From Anaeramoeba ignava BMAN (Eukaryota; Protista; Anaeramoebae): a stretch of 64,000 bases of DNA. Every line of letters starts with the position of its first letter. Position 1 is the first letter of the stretch. Positions 26,604 to 39,600 of the stretch are shown in pieces. The notes beneath the pieces were generated by a model, which did no database searches, was not told the origin of the DNA, and was given only the letters and a program-made list of their open reading frames with translations. Location of the stretch: contig JAPDFW010000070.1 in assembly GCA_028826165.1 (NCBI GenBank), positions 310,001 to 374,000 on the forward strand, in the 5' to 3' direction. Both the position numbers and the translations under genes were made by a program.

Positions 26604-28007
26604 ATGGTTGAAGCTGTTCTTCATAGTGCAGGAATTTTTAAAAAATTAATTGATTCTATAAAAGATCTTGTCAGTGATTGTACACTTGCTTGTACAAGAA
26701 ATGGAATTAGAATGCAAGCAATGGATGCATCTCATATTAGTCTTGTTTCAATGCAATTAAATTCAACAGGATTTCAACAATATAAATGTTCAAAAAAATT
26801 TAATCTTGGAGTTAATTTAGTTTCACTTGCAAAATTATTAAAATGTGCTGGAGCTAATGATTCAATGAAGATTAAAGCAAGTCCTCATAATGATACATTA
26901 AGTTTATCTTTTACTAATCCAGGTAATTATTTTGATTTTGATTTTGATTTTGATTTTGATTTTGATTTTGATTTTGATTTTGATTTTGATTTTAATTTTA
27001 ATTTTAATTTTAATTTTAATTTTAATTTTGATTTTAAATTTATATTTTGATTTTGATTTTGATTTTGATTTTGATTTTAAATTTTAATTTTGATTTTAAA
27101 TTTTGATTTTAATTTTAAATTTTGATTTTGATTTTAATTTATATTTTGATTTTGATTTTGATTTTGATTTTGATTTTGATTTTAATTTTAATTTTAATTT
27201 TAATTTTAATTTTAATTTTAATTTTAATTTTGATTTTAATTTTAATTTTAAATTTTGATTTTAATTTATGATTTTAATTTTAAATTTTAATTTTGATTTT
27301 AATTTTAAATTTATATTTGATTTTGATTTTGATTTTGATTTTGATTTTGAATTTAATTTGATTTTATTTTGATTTTGATTTTGAATTTGATTTTGATTTG
27401 ATTTGAATTTTAAATTTAATTTTAATTTTGATTTTGATTTTAATTTTAATTTGATTTTGATTTTGATTTTGATTTTAATTTTAATTTTAAATTTAATTTA
27501 TGATTTTTAGATGAAAGTATCATTTCACAATTTGAGATGAAATTAATCGATATTTCTGAAGAAACTGTTTCGTTACCAGCAGAAAATAATGTTTGTATTG
27601 CAAAAATTCCATCAGGAGAATATCAAAAAATTTGTCGAGATTTATTAACAATGGGAGAAGATGTAAGAATTCAAGCATCACCAAGAAAAATCACATTTTC
27701 TTCATTTGGACAAATTGGATCAGGAGGATTTACTCTTCAACAAAATATCGAAGATGAAAACTCAAAAATCTCAATAATTACAGATGAAAAAATTGATCTT
27801 ACTTTCACTTTGAAATATTTAAATCTTTTTGCTAAAGCTGGACCTTTATGTGATTTTGTTACTCTTTATTTAAGTCCAAAATCACCTTTAATGGTTGAAT
27901 TTACAATGGGACAACTTGGTTTTATTAGATATTATCTTGCTCCAAAAGTGGATGAAGCAAATGAAAGTGATGATGAGGATGATGATAAGGATATGAAACA
28001 AGATTAA
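26604..28007 (+). CDS. PCNA: Proliferating cell nuclear antigen; exons 26604-26922 and 27511-28007
   Basis: MQAMDASHISLV, LGVNLVSLAKLLKCA and IRYYLAPK motifs; phase-1 GT..AG intron restores the frame. Confidence 0.95.
26930..27505. repeat. (GATTTT/AATTTT)n microsatellite filling the PCNA intron
   Basis: Seen directly. Confidence 0.9.
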
Positions 28008-28353
28008 ATGTTTTCTTTCTTTTTTTTTTGGATTCAATTAAAATTAAAATCAAGAAAAGAAAAAAAGAAGAAGAAGAAAAAGAAAAAGAAAAAAAAAGAA
28101 AAATTTTTTTTGTATTCCCCTTTTTTTTTTGTTTGAATTTCTTCTTGTTTTTTTTTTTGGATCGTTTCTTTCTTTTTTAATCTGAATTTGAATTTGAATT
28201 TGAATTTTTTTTCTTTTTATTCTCTCAAATTTTTTTAAAAAACAAAAATAAAAAAAGAAAAGAAAAGAAAAGAAAAGAAAAAAATTTTTTTTTGTTAATT
28301 TTCATTTTTTATTTTATTTTTCATTTTCTATTTATTTTATATTTTTTTAAATT

Positions 28354-31300
28354 ATGGATTTATCAAAATTATTAACTTTTTCTGAAGAACTTTTAGGAAG
28401 AAGTATTGATTTTAATAATTTCTCAGATATAGTTCAATCGAGTTGTTTAATTTTAAATAAAATTTTTCCTAAAAGTATCCCTGAAAGAGTATTAAAAAGG
28501 TAAATTATAAAATACAAAAACAAAAACCAAAAGAAAACATTTACCAAATCATTTACAAAAAATTCTCATTTCCACAAAAAATAATTCAATTCAATTCAAT
28601 TCAATTCAATTCAATTATATTCAATTCAATTCAATTCAATTCAATTCAATTCAATTCAATTCAATTCAATTCAATTCAATTCAATTCAATTCAATTATAA
28701 ATTCAATCCAATTCAATTCAATTCAATTATAAATTCAATTATAAATTCAATTCAATTCAATTCAATTCATTTCAATTATATTCATAAATTCAATTTATAA
28801 ATTCAATCAATCCAATTCAATTATAAATTAAATTCAATTCAATTCAATTATAAATTCAATTATAAATTCAATTATAAATTCAATTCAATTCAATTCAATT
28901 ATAAATTCAATTCAATTCAATTCAATTCAATTCAATTCAATTCAATTCAATTATAATTTAAATTCAATTCAATTCAATTCAATTCAATTTATAAATTCAA
29001 TTTCAATTATAAATTCAAATTCAATTCCAATTATAAATTTCAATTCAATTTATTTAAATTCAATTCAATTCATAAATTCATTTATAAATTCAATTCAATT
29101 CAATTCAATTCAATTCAATTATATTTATAAATTCAATTCAATTATATTATAAATTCAATTCAATTCAATTCAATTCATTTATAAATTCAATTATATTTAT
29201 AAATTCAATTATATTCATAAATTCAATTCAATTCATTTATAAATTCAATTCAATTCATTTCAATTCAATTCATTTCAATTCAATTCAATTCAATTTAATT
29301 CAATTTAATTCAATTTAATTCAATTATATTTATAAATTCAATTATATTCATAAATTCAATTATATTCATAAATTCAATTATATTCATAAATTCATTTATA
29401 AATTAAATTATAAATTCTAAAAAGAAATCCAACAACGCAAATACAGTTCCTTAATAGAGTATGCAGTAATCTCGGAATCCCAAGTGAAAATTTTCTCCCA
29501 GCTCAAATACAAGAAGATATACAATCAAAATTCCTTAATTTAGTTTCACAATTTTATAAAATCGCAGATCAAAAAGGAATTGATATTGGTCATGAATCAA
29601 AAGCAAAAATTGATGATAAACTTCATAAAAAAGCACAAAGAACCATTCCTTCAGTTTTTAATCATGCAGAAGTAATAGATCAAATTGAAACAATCAAAGA
29701 ATTTCAATTTGAAAATGAAGAAAATCAAGAAAACACTGATTCAAACTGGAAAAAAAAAGACGAAGAAATAGAAAATCAAATGGAAAATTTTTCACAATTA
29801 AAAATGGTATTTGGGGAAAGCAAGGAAATGAAGCCAAAGCAAAACCGCGAGAAATATTTTATCACATCTTTCAAGAGAAGTTTTGAAGAAATTGTAGAAA
29901 TTGTAAAAAAACATTTTATTCACGGAAAAGCAAAATTTGGAGTTGTTTTTATTGATCCGCAAACAGGATCACAAGCAGAATGTATATTTGAAATCAAACG
30001 GCGGTACTTCAAGTTTTCCTTTACTGGAAGCTCTTTTGAAATGATTCTTGATTACTCAATTAGAACTCAAATATGGGAAGCAAAATCAACCACAAATATT
30101 ATTGAAATCAAAGGAGTAAATTTCGACGATTTCTTGCACAACTTTTATATCAAAGCTCGCGATCAAAGCGAGAGAGATATTATTATCAATACTTTTCGGA
30201 TGTTTAATTTCTACCAGAAAGATTGTATTGAAAGCTGCATATTGAGCACAAAAATCCTTGGAAAAGAACAAGAAATCGAGACTCTAATTGGATATCATGT
30301 TGAAAAACAATCTGCAAATTTTGACGTCAAACTGAAAATGCTTTCGCTTACGAAAACTAACATTCCAGCAGTTTTGAAAGCTGACAAACACCAGATTTCA
30401 TTTGTTTTCAAAACCGCAAAGCAGACACAAATCCAAAGTTATGATTTCAAGCGCTATTTGATTATGCTATTTATTGATCCTTCCAAACAAACGCAAATCA
30501 CATTGAAAATTGAGAATATGCAATTGAAGGCCGAACGATTGATCCAAATGAGAACAAATTCTGCAGCTCAATCAGTCGTAATTTCTGGTGTTTTGAATCA
30601 TTTCGCAAGTTTGTCTTGGAATTCGTTGTTGAATGAATCCGAGCCTTCTCAACAACCCTATTCTCAATATAGTCATAAGACTCAAGCAAATGTTTCTTCA
30701 AGAACAAACTTGCACAATCCAATCAATTACGGACAAACCATCTTTAAGTTTATTCAGATGCCTTCAATCAATAGCACATTTGCTGATCCAACTTTCATTT
30801 CCCATTTTGCCCAATTCACGAAAAACGGGGAAGCAAAAGTTATTCAAGATCAATTATTTTCACCAGTAAATGATGATAAAAGACTGAATTGTGAGATGTT
30901 AAGATACTATAAGTTTCGGAGTAGAAAAAATCAGTTAGTGAGAAAAATCAAGCAGTTCATTTCGCAAGGAAAAGCTGTTTTCAACTTCAAGCTACAACAA
31001 TCGCGAACATCAAATATACAGATCATTTTGATGGCTAATCATTTTGTGATTAAAGTGGAGAGTCAGAACCACACAAAGAACTACAAAATGGAGTATTTGC
31101 CCAATCAAGGGATTATTTTGCACACAAACAAATTGGATCGGATGATTTTTAAGTTGGAAAGCTCTGATATTGAGAATCTTGCGCTTTTTGTGCCCAATTT
31201 CATCTCGCGAGATTTGTTTGTGAATACATTTTCCATTTTCCACAAAATGAAAATATACCCAGATTTTCATTTGGATGATGATGATAATAGTGTGCAAAAC

Positions 31301-33545
31301 ATGCATTTTATTTTATCTCCTGAGCCCAGTCTTTCCATCGAGAAGCGCAAAAAGTTTCTGCGTGAAGATCCTTCTGTGGAATTTCCCAGCAAGTGGAAAT
31401 ATTCAGAAATAAATGATTTCTTTCAAGATGAAAAGAACTTTTCAGAAGAACTATCAAGCATCAAGACACACTTGATTTACTCAGTTTGGCTTTTGAATTC
31501 GTTCCAAAAAATTGAAGGTCTTTGCAAATTTCATTTGTATTCTGATCATTTTGAGATTGTTTGTTCCAATTTTTCAATCAGACGATATTATTCCTCATTT
31601 TCTCAATTTTGTGATTCCGATATACGCGACTTAGTGATTCGGTTCAATATTGATGAGAACTTTTTTGTGTATTTTGGATTTCCATCTTATGAAGCCAGAT
31701 TGAATGTGATTCTCAACTTTAACAAAAGAAGAGATAACCAGTTACAGTTTCTATCAATTCACCAAGCACAAAACCAAGTATCGACGTTTATTTGCCATCT
31801 TTTTATTGCGAATCAAAAGAAACTTTGTTCGATTCAACTTTGTGTTGGAGGGTTTGTTATAAACTCTTTTAATAAAGATCATGAAAACGATGAAAATGAT
31901 CCAAATCACAAATTGATTTTTAATAAAGAAAATGGACAAGTTCTGTTTCTTGAATATTCCATTTCGTTAACTCTTCAAAGAAAACCCGAAAATCCAAGAA
32001 TTCTTTTTATTGGACTTGGATATGGAAAGTTCATCAAGCTTAAGTTTGCAGAAGCACAAATTTTGGAGGATTTTACTATTCAACTCAATGACCGCATCAG
32101 AAGCACTTGGGAACTTTTTAAGCCTAATTCTGTAAGAAATGCTTTTGATGAACCAGTTTTAGAGAAAATTTCCACAGATTCAAAAGATTTAGGAAGAACT
32201 CTCATTTCGGTTCATCCACAGAAAATTGTGATTCAAACAGGAGAGTATCAAGGAACTTGCTTGAGAATTGGCGAAATTCGCAGTGTTTTACTTGAAAATC
32301 CCATTTTTGCAATGAATCTTTTCGCAGATCAATCAACAGAAAATATCGGAGATTATGATTATTATCAAATCCATTTTAGACATCTTAAAACTAGATTGCA
32401 ATTTATTGATTCAATGATTTTCTATGATTCAAAAAGAGAGGATTTCAAAAAAATGTTCGCCAATCATTTATTTCGATACCAGGTTAAAGCTCAAGTGGTT
32501 GTTTACGAAGATTCAGGCAATCCGTATGCTCAAGGAACAATCTATATCTCTGAGGAAAGAGGATCAATTGTTTTGTCGAGTTTGGATGAAGAAATGGAGG
32601 AGAAATCAAGCGGAAATTTGAATAAAAAACTAAATCACAAGCAAATTGTTGCTTTCCACAAAAATCATTATATTTTTGATAAGCATACCAAATTTTATGT
32701 CGATTTGAAATTATCAAGATTTGGGAAACTTGAAGTTGACCAAGTTGATTTCATTGTTTTTTTTCAATCCGAAAAGGAAATGAAGATGTTTAATCGTTTA
32801 TTTGTAATGTTCAAAAGAAAACTTGCTAAAATGGAAGTTGGAAATAGGCTTTTGCTTGATTCAAAACCACAAGATTCGCAAATTCAAGCCAGAATCGTTG
32901 TTTCTGAACAAGAAACTTTGCCTGTTCATTTATCATTCAGAAAAAAACAATTAGTTATTTATCATTACGATACCGACAATCAAGAAGAAATTGAATTTAC
33001 CAAGAATTTTGAAATTTCAACTGCAAAACGATCCAAATTTCATTTTTGGATTCACGATGTTCATTTCGATTACATATTCCAGTTTTACAACAGAAGTGAT
33101 TATCGACTTGCTTTCCAAAAATTCCAAAATATTTCACAGTTTGTTACACAAACAAATTTTGAGGTTGAATTTGTCACATCCCAAAAAAGAAAAGTTCCGG
33201 GTTTTATTCGTTTGAGAACTTATTATTTTGTGTGTTTGATCGAGATTTCACAAGAACAAATTAAAAGAATTCGAATTCCTTATCATTTACTTTCGATCCG
33301 AAAATATTCTTCCAAATTTATATAGAATTCGATGGAAAGATCACAAATTGAATGTTTATTCTTGTTATCCTTTAAAGATGAAACAGTTAGTTAGAAGATT
33401 TATTGATTTAAAACGATTTTCACAAAAAAATTTTAGTCAAGTTTCTTATTTAATAGAACAAAAACAAGATCGAAATGAAAATGAAAATGAAAATGAAAAT
33501 GAAAATGAAAATGAAAATGAAAATCAAAATCAAAATGAAAATTGA
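28354..33545 (+). CDS. Large protein with N-terminal calponin-homology-like domain and multiple PH-like repeats; exons 28354-28499 and 29425-33545 (probable +1 error at ~33315)
   Basis: Spliced N-terminus CLILNKIFPKSIP...QIQFLNRVCSNLGIPSENF resembles a CH domain and is in frame with the 29780 ORF. Beta-rich segments repeatedly end in helices such as RDIIINTFRMF and RDLFVNTFSIF. An alternate frame continues to a stop at 33545. Confidence 0.7.
28580..29415. repeat. (AATTC)n microsatellite filling an intron
   Basis: Seen directly within intron 28500-29424. Confidence 0.9.
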
Positions 33546-33860
33546 AATTGAAATTGAAACTGATTTTGATAGTCTCGAAATAGATTTAAATATTTGAACA
33601 AAAAAAAGAAAAGAAAGAATGAAAAGTTTTTAATTTAATTTAATTTAATTTTTAAAAAAAAAAAATTATAAAGAATGAAAATGAAAATGGATTGTTTATC
33701 TTATTTTTTTTCCCTTCTTTATTGATTATTGATTATTAATTATTAATTATTGATTATTACAAAGTCCTCTTCCAAAAAAGAAAGAAAGAAAGAACAAAAC
33801 AAAAAAAAGTTAAGCAAGAAAAAAAAAAAAAGGAATTGAAATGAATTGAATAGAAAATTT

Positions 33861-35095
33861 CTATTTTTGATTTGTATCATGTTCTGAATCATTTTCTGTA
33901 GAAGAATGATTTGAATCAGAACTATTTCCATTTTTTTTAGGTTCTTCTTCTTGTTTTTTCTTTTGATATAGTTCAAGTTCAATCAAATATTTTTGTTTAA
34001 GCTCTTCTGCTTGATCTAGAAAAGTCTAAAAAATTAAATTAAATTAAATTAAATTAAATTAAATTAAATCAAATTGAAAAATTACTTTTTTTTCTTCATC
34101 AGAAAGAATTCTCCATTTTTCACCAGTTAATTTCCCTAATTCTGTAATTTTCATTTTAGGATTTAATTGTTTGATTTGGGGACGAATATGATGAGCAAAA
34201 AGAAGATATCCAGTAGGAGGTTTTCGAGGTTTGTTTGGATCCAAAGGAGAAACTCTTGGTTTTGAGTTTTTTTTTTCAACTTCTTCTGGAAATTTTTTTG
34301 ATTTACTTCTTGTTCTGACACCTTTTTCAATTGGAGAAGATGTTGGAGATGAAGAAAGACTTTCTGAAAGATCAGGATGAGCTTCATTATATTCCTCCAT
34401 TTTTTTGTGATATTCTTGTAGTTTTTGTTGATAGATTTGTTTTTCAGTTTCAGCAAGATTTTTATAAATCTAAAAATAAATAGAATGAAGAAAAAATAAA
34501 AAAGTAATTTTTGGATTGAATAAATAAAAAATAAAAAAGCGAAAATTAAAAAATAAAAAAAAAGGGAAAATTAAAAATTAAAAATAGAATTTGAAATTGA
34601 GAAAAAGTTTGTTTTAGATTTTGTTTTTGAGTTTAGGATTAAATTAGTTATTTTTTTTGTGTATTATTGTTTGTTTTCGTTGAATTACTCTTTAAGAAAA
34701 AAAAATTTTTTTTCAAAACAAAAACAAAGGAATTATTAAGAAAAATGCCAAAAATAAAAAGCAATAAAAATGAAAAAAACTAAAGATGAGATTCTGAATA
34801 AACAAAAAGTGAGGGTGATTAAAATGAAATGCGAAAATAGACTTACTTGTTTTTTATCAGGGTCACACTTGCTCCAAGCCTTTCCAATTAGTTTTCCTAA
34901 CTCGCTGACTGTAATTCCTTTGTGAACGGAAATGAGATGAGGTCTCATCTCTTGAGCAAACATGAAAAAAGCGTTTTGAGGATATTTTGGTCTTTGTGGC
35001 ATTGCTTCATTTTCAACTGCCTTTGTTGTTTGTTTTGGTTCTTTTTGTTCTTTTGATTCTTTTGTTTGTTTTTGCTTTTCTTCTTCTGAATTCAT
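33861..35095 (-). CDS. Double HMG-box protein; exons 35095-34847, 34469-34086, 34025-33861
   Basis: RPKYPQNAFFMF...LGKLIGKAW and KPRKPPTGYLLF...LGKLTGEKWR; two GT-AG introns give a continuous frame ending in TAG. Confidence 0.92.
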
Positions 35096-36633
35096 TTCTG
35101 TTTATTTGAAAAAAAAAATGTTAATTTGTGATCTTGATTACAAAAGGATTTAATTATTTGTTTTAATTGTTTTGTTTTTTTGTTTTTGTTTTGTTTTGCT
35201 AGATTTGATTGTTCAACGAAAAAAAAAATTTAGAAGAAAAAAATAAAAAATCAAATCAAAGAAGATCAAAAAAAAAAAATAATTTTAAAAAAAGATAGTA
35301 AAAAAAAAGTGATCAATATAAATGAAAGAAATAAATGAAAATGAAAGGATTAAAAAATTTTCTCAATATAAAAAGTATAAAAATTAAAAAAAACAACAAG
35401 GAATAAAAATGAGAAAAAAAAAAAAAAAATTTTTTAATAAAAGAAATTTCTTAAGAAATTTAAACAAAAATTTAAAAAGAAATTTTTTAAAATTAAATTG
35501 AATTGAGTTGTATTGAATTGGTTTGAATGGATCCCTTTTTTCATTTTTAATTATTATTGCTATTTTTTCTTTTAATTTTTCGATTTAAGAAAATTCGTTT
35601 TGTTATTTAACTTTTAATTGAATTTTTTAAAAAAAGAATAAGAAAATTTGTTTTTCTTATTCTTTTTTTAAATTTTTTAATTAATTTTTTATTAGTTTTG
35701 TGATCATTCTTTTATTTAAAAAGAATTGAATGGCAAAAAAAAAAACAACTCATAATTAAAAAAATTAATCAATTAATTAAGAAATCCCCTAATTAATATA
35801 ATTTTATTTTTTTATATTTTATTTATAACGGAAAAAAGCAATTTAAATTTTAATTAAGATCAATAGTGTTCTTTTCATTTTGTAATTTTTTAATTTATAT
35901 ATAGATTTATAGATTTAAATAGCCAATTTTTAATTATAAAATTTTCAAATATTAAAAAAATCAATTAAAATCAATGAAATTTAAATAAATTAAATTAAAT
36001 CCGGAAAAGTTAAAAATAAACCCAATATAAAGATAATTATTTATTTAAAAAGTGAATAGAAAAGAGATCGATTAAATTTGATTGAAAAAGAAGAACAAAT
36101 TTATTTTTAAAAAATAATCATTAACAAAAAATATAAAATGGAGTAAATAACTTACAAAAAATGAACCGGAATTAAAAAAAAATTGAAAATAAAAATAATA
36201 AAGAAAAAAAAAGAAAAAATAAAAATAAATTTTTTAAAATGATCATCTTTTGTTTTATTTACTATTTTTATTTAAATTGATTCTAATAATATAATTTTTT
36301 TAAAAAGCAAAAATCAAATCAAATTAAAAATAAAAATAAAATCTTATTAAAAAAAATTTTTAATTAATTTTGATGAAAGAAGAAGAAAAAAAAAAAAGAA
36401 GAAAAAAAAATTAAATTAAAAAAGGAGAAAAAAAATAAATATAATAATTAGTCATTTTTATTTAAAATAAAAAAATAAAAATTTTAATTTTTTTAATTTC
36501 ATTTTTTTTTTTATTATTCATTTTTTTTTAAAATAATTTTATAAATTAAAAAAAAATAAAAACAAAAAAAAAGCAAAAAATCAAAATATTTATAATTAAA
36601 GAATAATTAAAGAATAATAATTGAATAATAATA

Positions 36634-39600
36634 ATGGGTTTATTTGGTAAAGGAAAAAAGAAAAAAGAAAAAGATAAACAAACTGAAACAAATGAACAAT
36701 CAAGACCAAAAATACAAATGGATTCTTTACCTCCAATGCCACCACAAGATGAATTAAATGATATGTTTTCAAATCTTCTTGTAAAAATAAAATCAACCAA
36801 AAAAATTCCATTTCTTTCTTTAAAATTTTTTTAAACTGAGAACAAAAAAAAAATTTAACCGAAATTTACGAAAAATTTTAATTATTAAAATATAAATAAA
36901 ATTATAAATAAAATTATAAATATAAATTATAAATTAAATTATAAATAAAATTATAAATTAAATTATAAATTAAATTATAAATAAAATTATAAATAAAATT
37001 ATAAATTAAATTATAAATTAAATTATAAATAAAATTATAAATAAAATTATAAAATAAATTATAAATAAAATTATTAATAAAATTATAAATTAAATTATAA
37101 ATAAAATTATAAATAAAATTATAAATAAAATTATAAAATAAAATTAAAAATTATAAAATAAATAAAATTAAATTATAAATAAAAATTATAAATTATAAAT
37201 TAAATAAATTATAAATAAAAAAAAAATTATAAATTAAAATTATAAATAAAATTATAAATAAAAATAAATAAAATAAATTAAATTATAAATAAAATTATAA
37301 ATAAAATTATAAATAAAAATTAAATATAAATAAAAAAATTATAAATAAAAAATAAATAAAATTATAAATAAAATTATAAATAAAAAAATAAATAAAATTA
37401 TAAATAAAATTATAAATTAAATTATAAATTAAAATTATAAATAAAATTATAAATAAAATTATAAATAAAATTAAACAAAATAAAAATTATAAATTAAATT
37501 ATAAAAAATTATAAATAAAATTATAAATTAAATTATAAATAAAATTAAATTAAAAAAAAATTATAAAAAAAATTAAAATTATAAATAAAATTATAAATAA
37601 AATTATAAATAAAATTATAAATAAAAATTATAAATAAAAATTATAAATTAAAAATTATAAATAAAATTATAAATAAAATTATAAATAAAATTATAAAAAT
37701 AAAAATATAAATAAAAAAATTATAAATAAATTATAAATTAAAATAAATAAAATTATAAAATAAAAAATATAAAAAATATAAATAAAATATAAATAAAATT
37801 AAATAAATTAAATAAAATTATAAATAAAATTATAAATTATAAATAAAATTATAAATAAATAAAATTATAAATAAAATTATAAATAAAATATAAAATAAAA
37901 TTATAAATAAATTATAAAATAAAATTATAAATAAAATTATAAATAAAAAATTAAATAAATATAAATAAAATTAAAATAAATAAAATTATAAATAAAATTA
38001 TAAATTAAAATTATAAATAAAAAATAAAATTATAAATAATAAAATATAAATAAAATTATAAAAATTATAAATTAAATTATAAATAAAAATTAAAATTAAA
38101 ATTATAAATTAAAATAAAATATAAAATAAAATTATAAATAAAATTATAAATTAAATTATAAATTAAATTATAAATAAAATTATAAATTAAAATAAATATA
38201 AAATTATAAATAAAATTATAAATAAAATTATAAATAAAATTATAAATAAAATTATAAATAAAATTATAAATTAAATTATAAATAAAATTATAAATTAAAT
38301 TATTTAAAAAATATAAAATTTTTTTTCATAATTTTTAGACAGAGTTAGGAGTTCCAGATTCTAAAAGAAAACAAATGGAGGCATTAGCAAATGAACGTAA
38401 ATGGCTCTTATTATTTCAACATAAAAGCAAAGAAGAAGAAAAGGTTTAAAAAAAATTAAAATTAAAATCAAAATTAAAATCAAAATTAAAATCAAAATTA
38501 AAATTAAAATTAAAATTAAAATTAAAATTAAAATTAAAATTAAAATTAAAATTAAAATTAAAATTAAAATTAAAATTAAAAATTAAAATTAAAATTAAAA
38601 TTAAAATTTAAATTAAAATTAAAATTAAAAATAAAATTAAAATTAAAATTAAAATTAAAATTAAAATTAAAATTAAAATTAAAATTAAAATTAAAATTAA
38701 AATTAAAATTAAAATTAAAATTAAAATTAAAATTAAAATTAAAATTAAAATTAAAATTAAAATTAAAATTAAAATTAAAATTAAAATTAAAATTTGAATA
38801 TAAATTTTTTGAAACAAAATAAAAAGAAATTCAAAAAATCAACAGGAAAAGAAGAAGAAAACGCACCAAAAACATTTATAGATCGAGTTACACAAGAATT
38901 ATCATTAGAAACAGTATCACAATTACGAACAGCATTATCATCCAATCCAATATCATGGATTACTGAATTTGTAAATCACAACGGATTAACGGTATTATTT
39001 CAAAAACTAGAAGAAGTAACAAAATCAAGCATCAAAACAGATCAAGATTGGAACGTTCAACACGAATTAATTAAGTGTTTGAAGGCTTTAATGAACAATC
39101 AAATTGGACTTGAAGCTGTACTTTCTGAGCAACACAACATTTTCAAGATAGCGATGAGTCTTAATTCATCGAAATGGGGATTATTGACAACTGTTGTTGA
39201 ACTTTTAGCTGCAGTTTGTCTTGTGCCACCAAATGGCCATAAATATGTTCTTGAATCACTATCGTTTGTGCGAGAATATGCAAAGCAAAAATCACGGTTC
39301 TCAATTTTAATGTCACATTTACAAAGAAGCACAAAAGATAAAAGTTCACTTGATTTTAAGGTTTCTGTGATGATGTTTATTAATACACTTGTGAATTCAC
39401 CGGATGATATTTTCTTCCGAATTGAATTACGTAAAGAATTTGCTATTCTTGGAATTCGAAGAATGATTGAGAAGTTGAAGTCGAATAAGTTTCCTGAACT
39501 TCAAACACAAATTGAAATGTTTCTTGAAGAGTGGAAAAGTGATGAACAAGAGACTGGAGAGGAAATCCATGATATTCCGCAAAGAAATGAGAATGATCCT

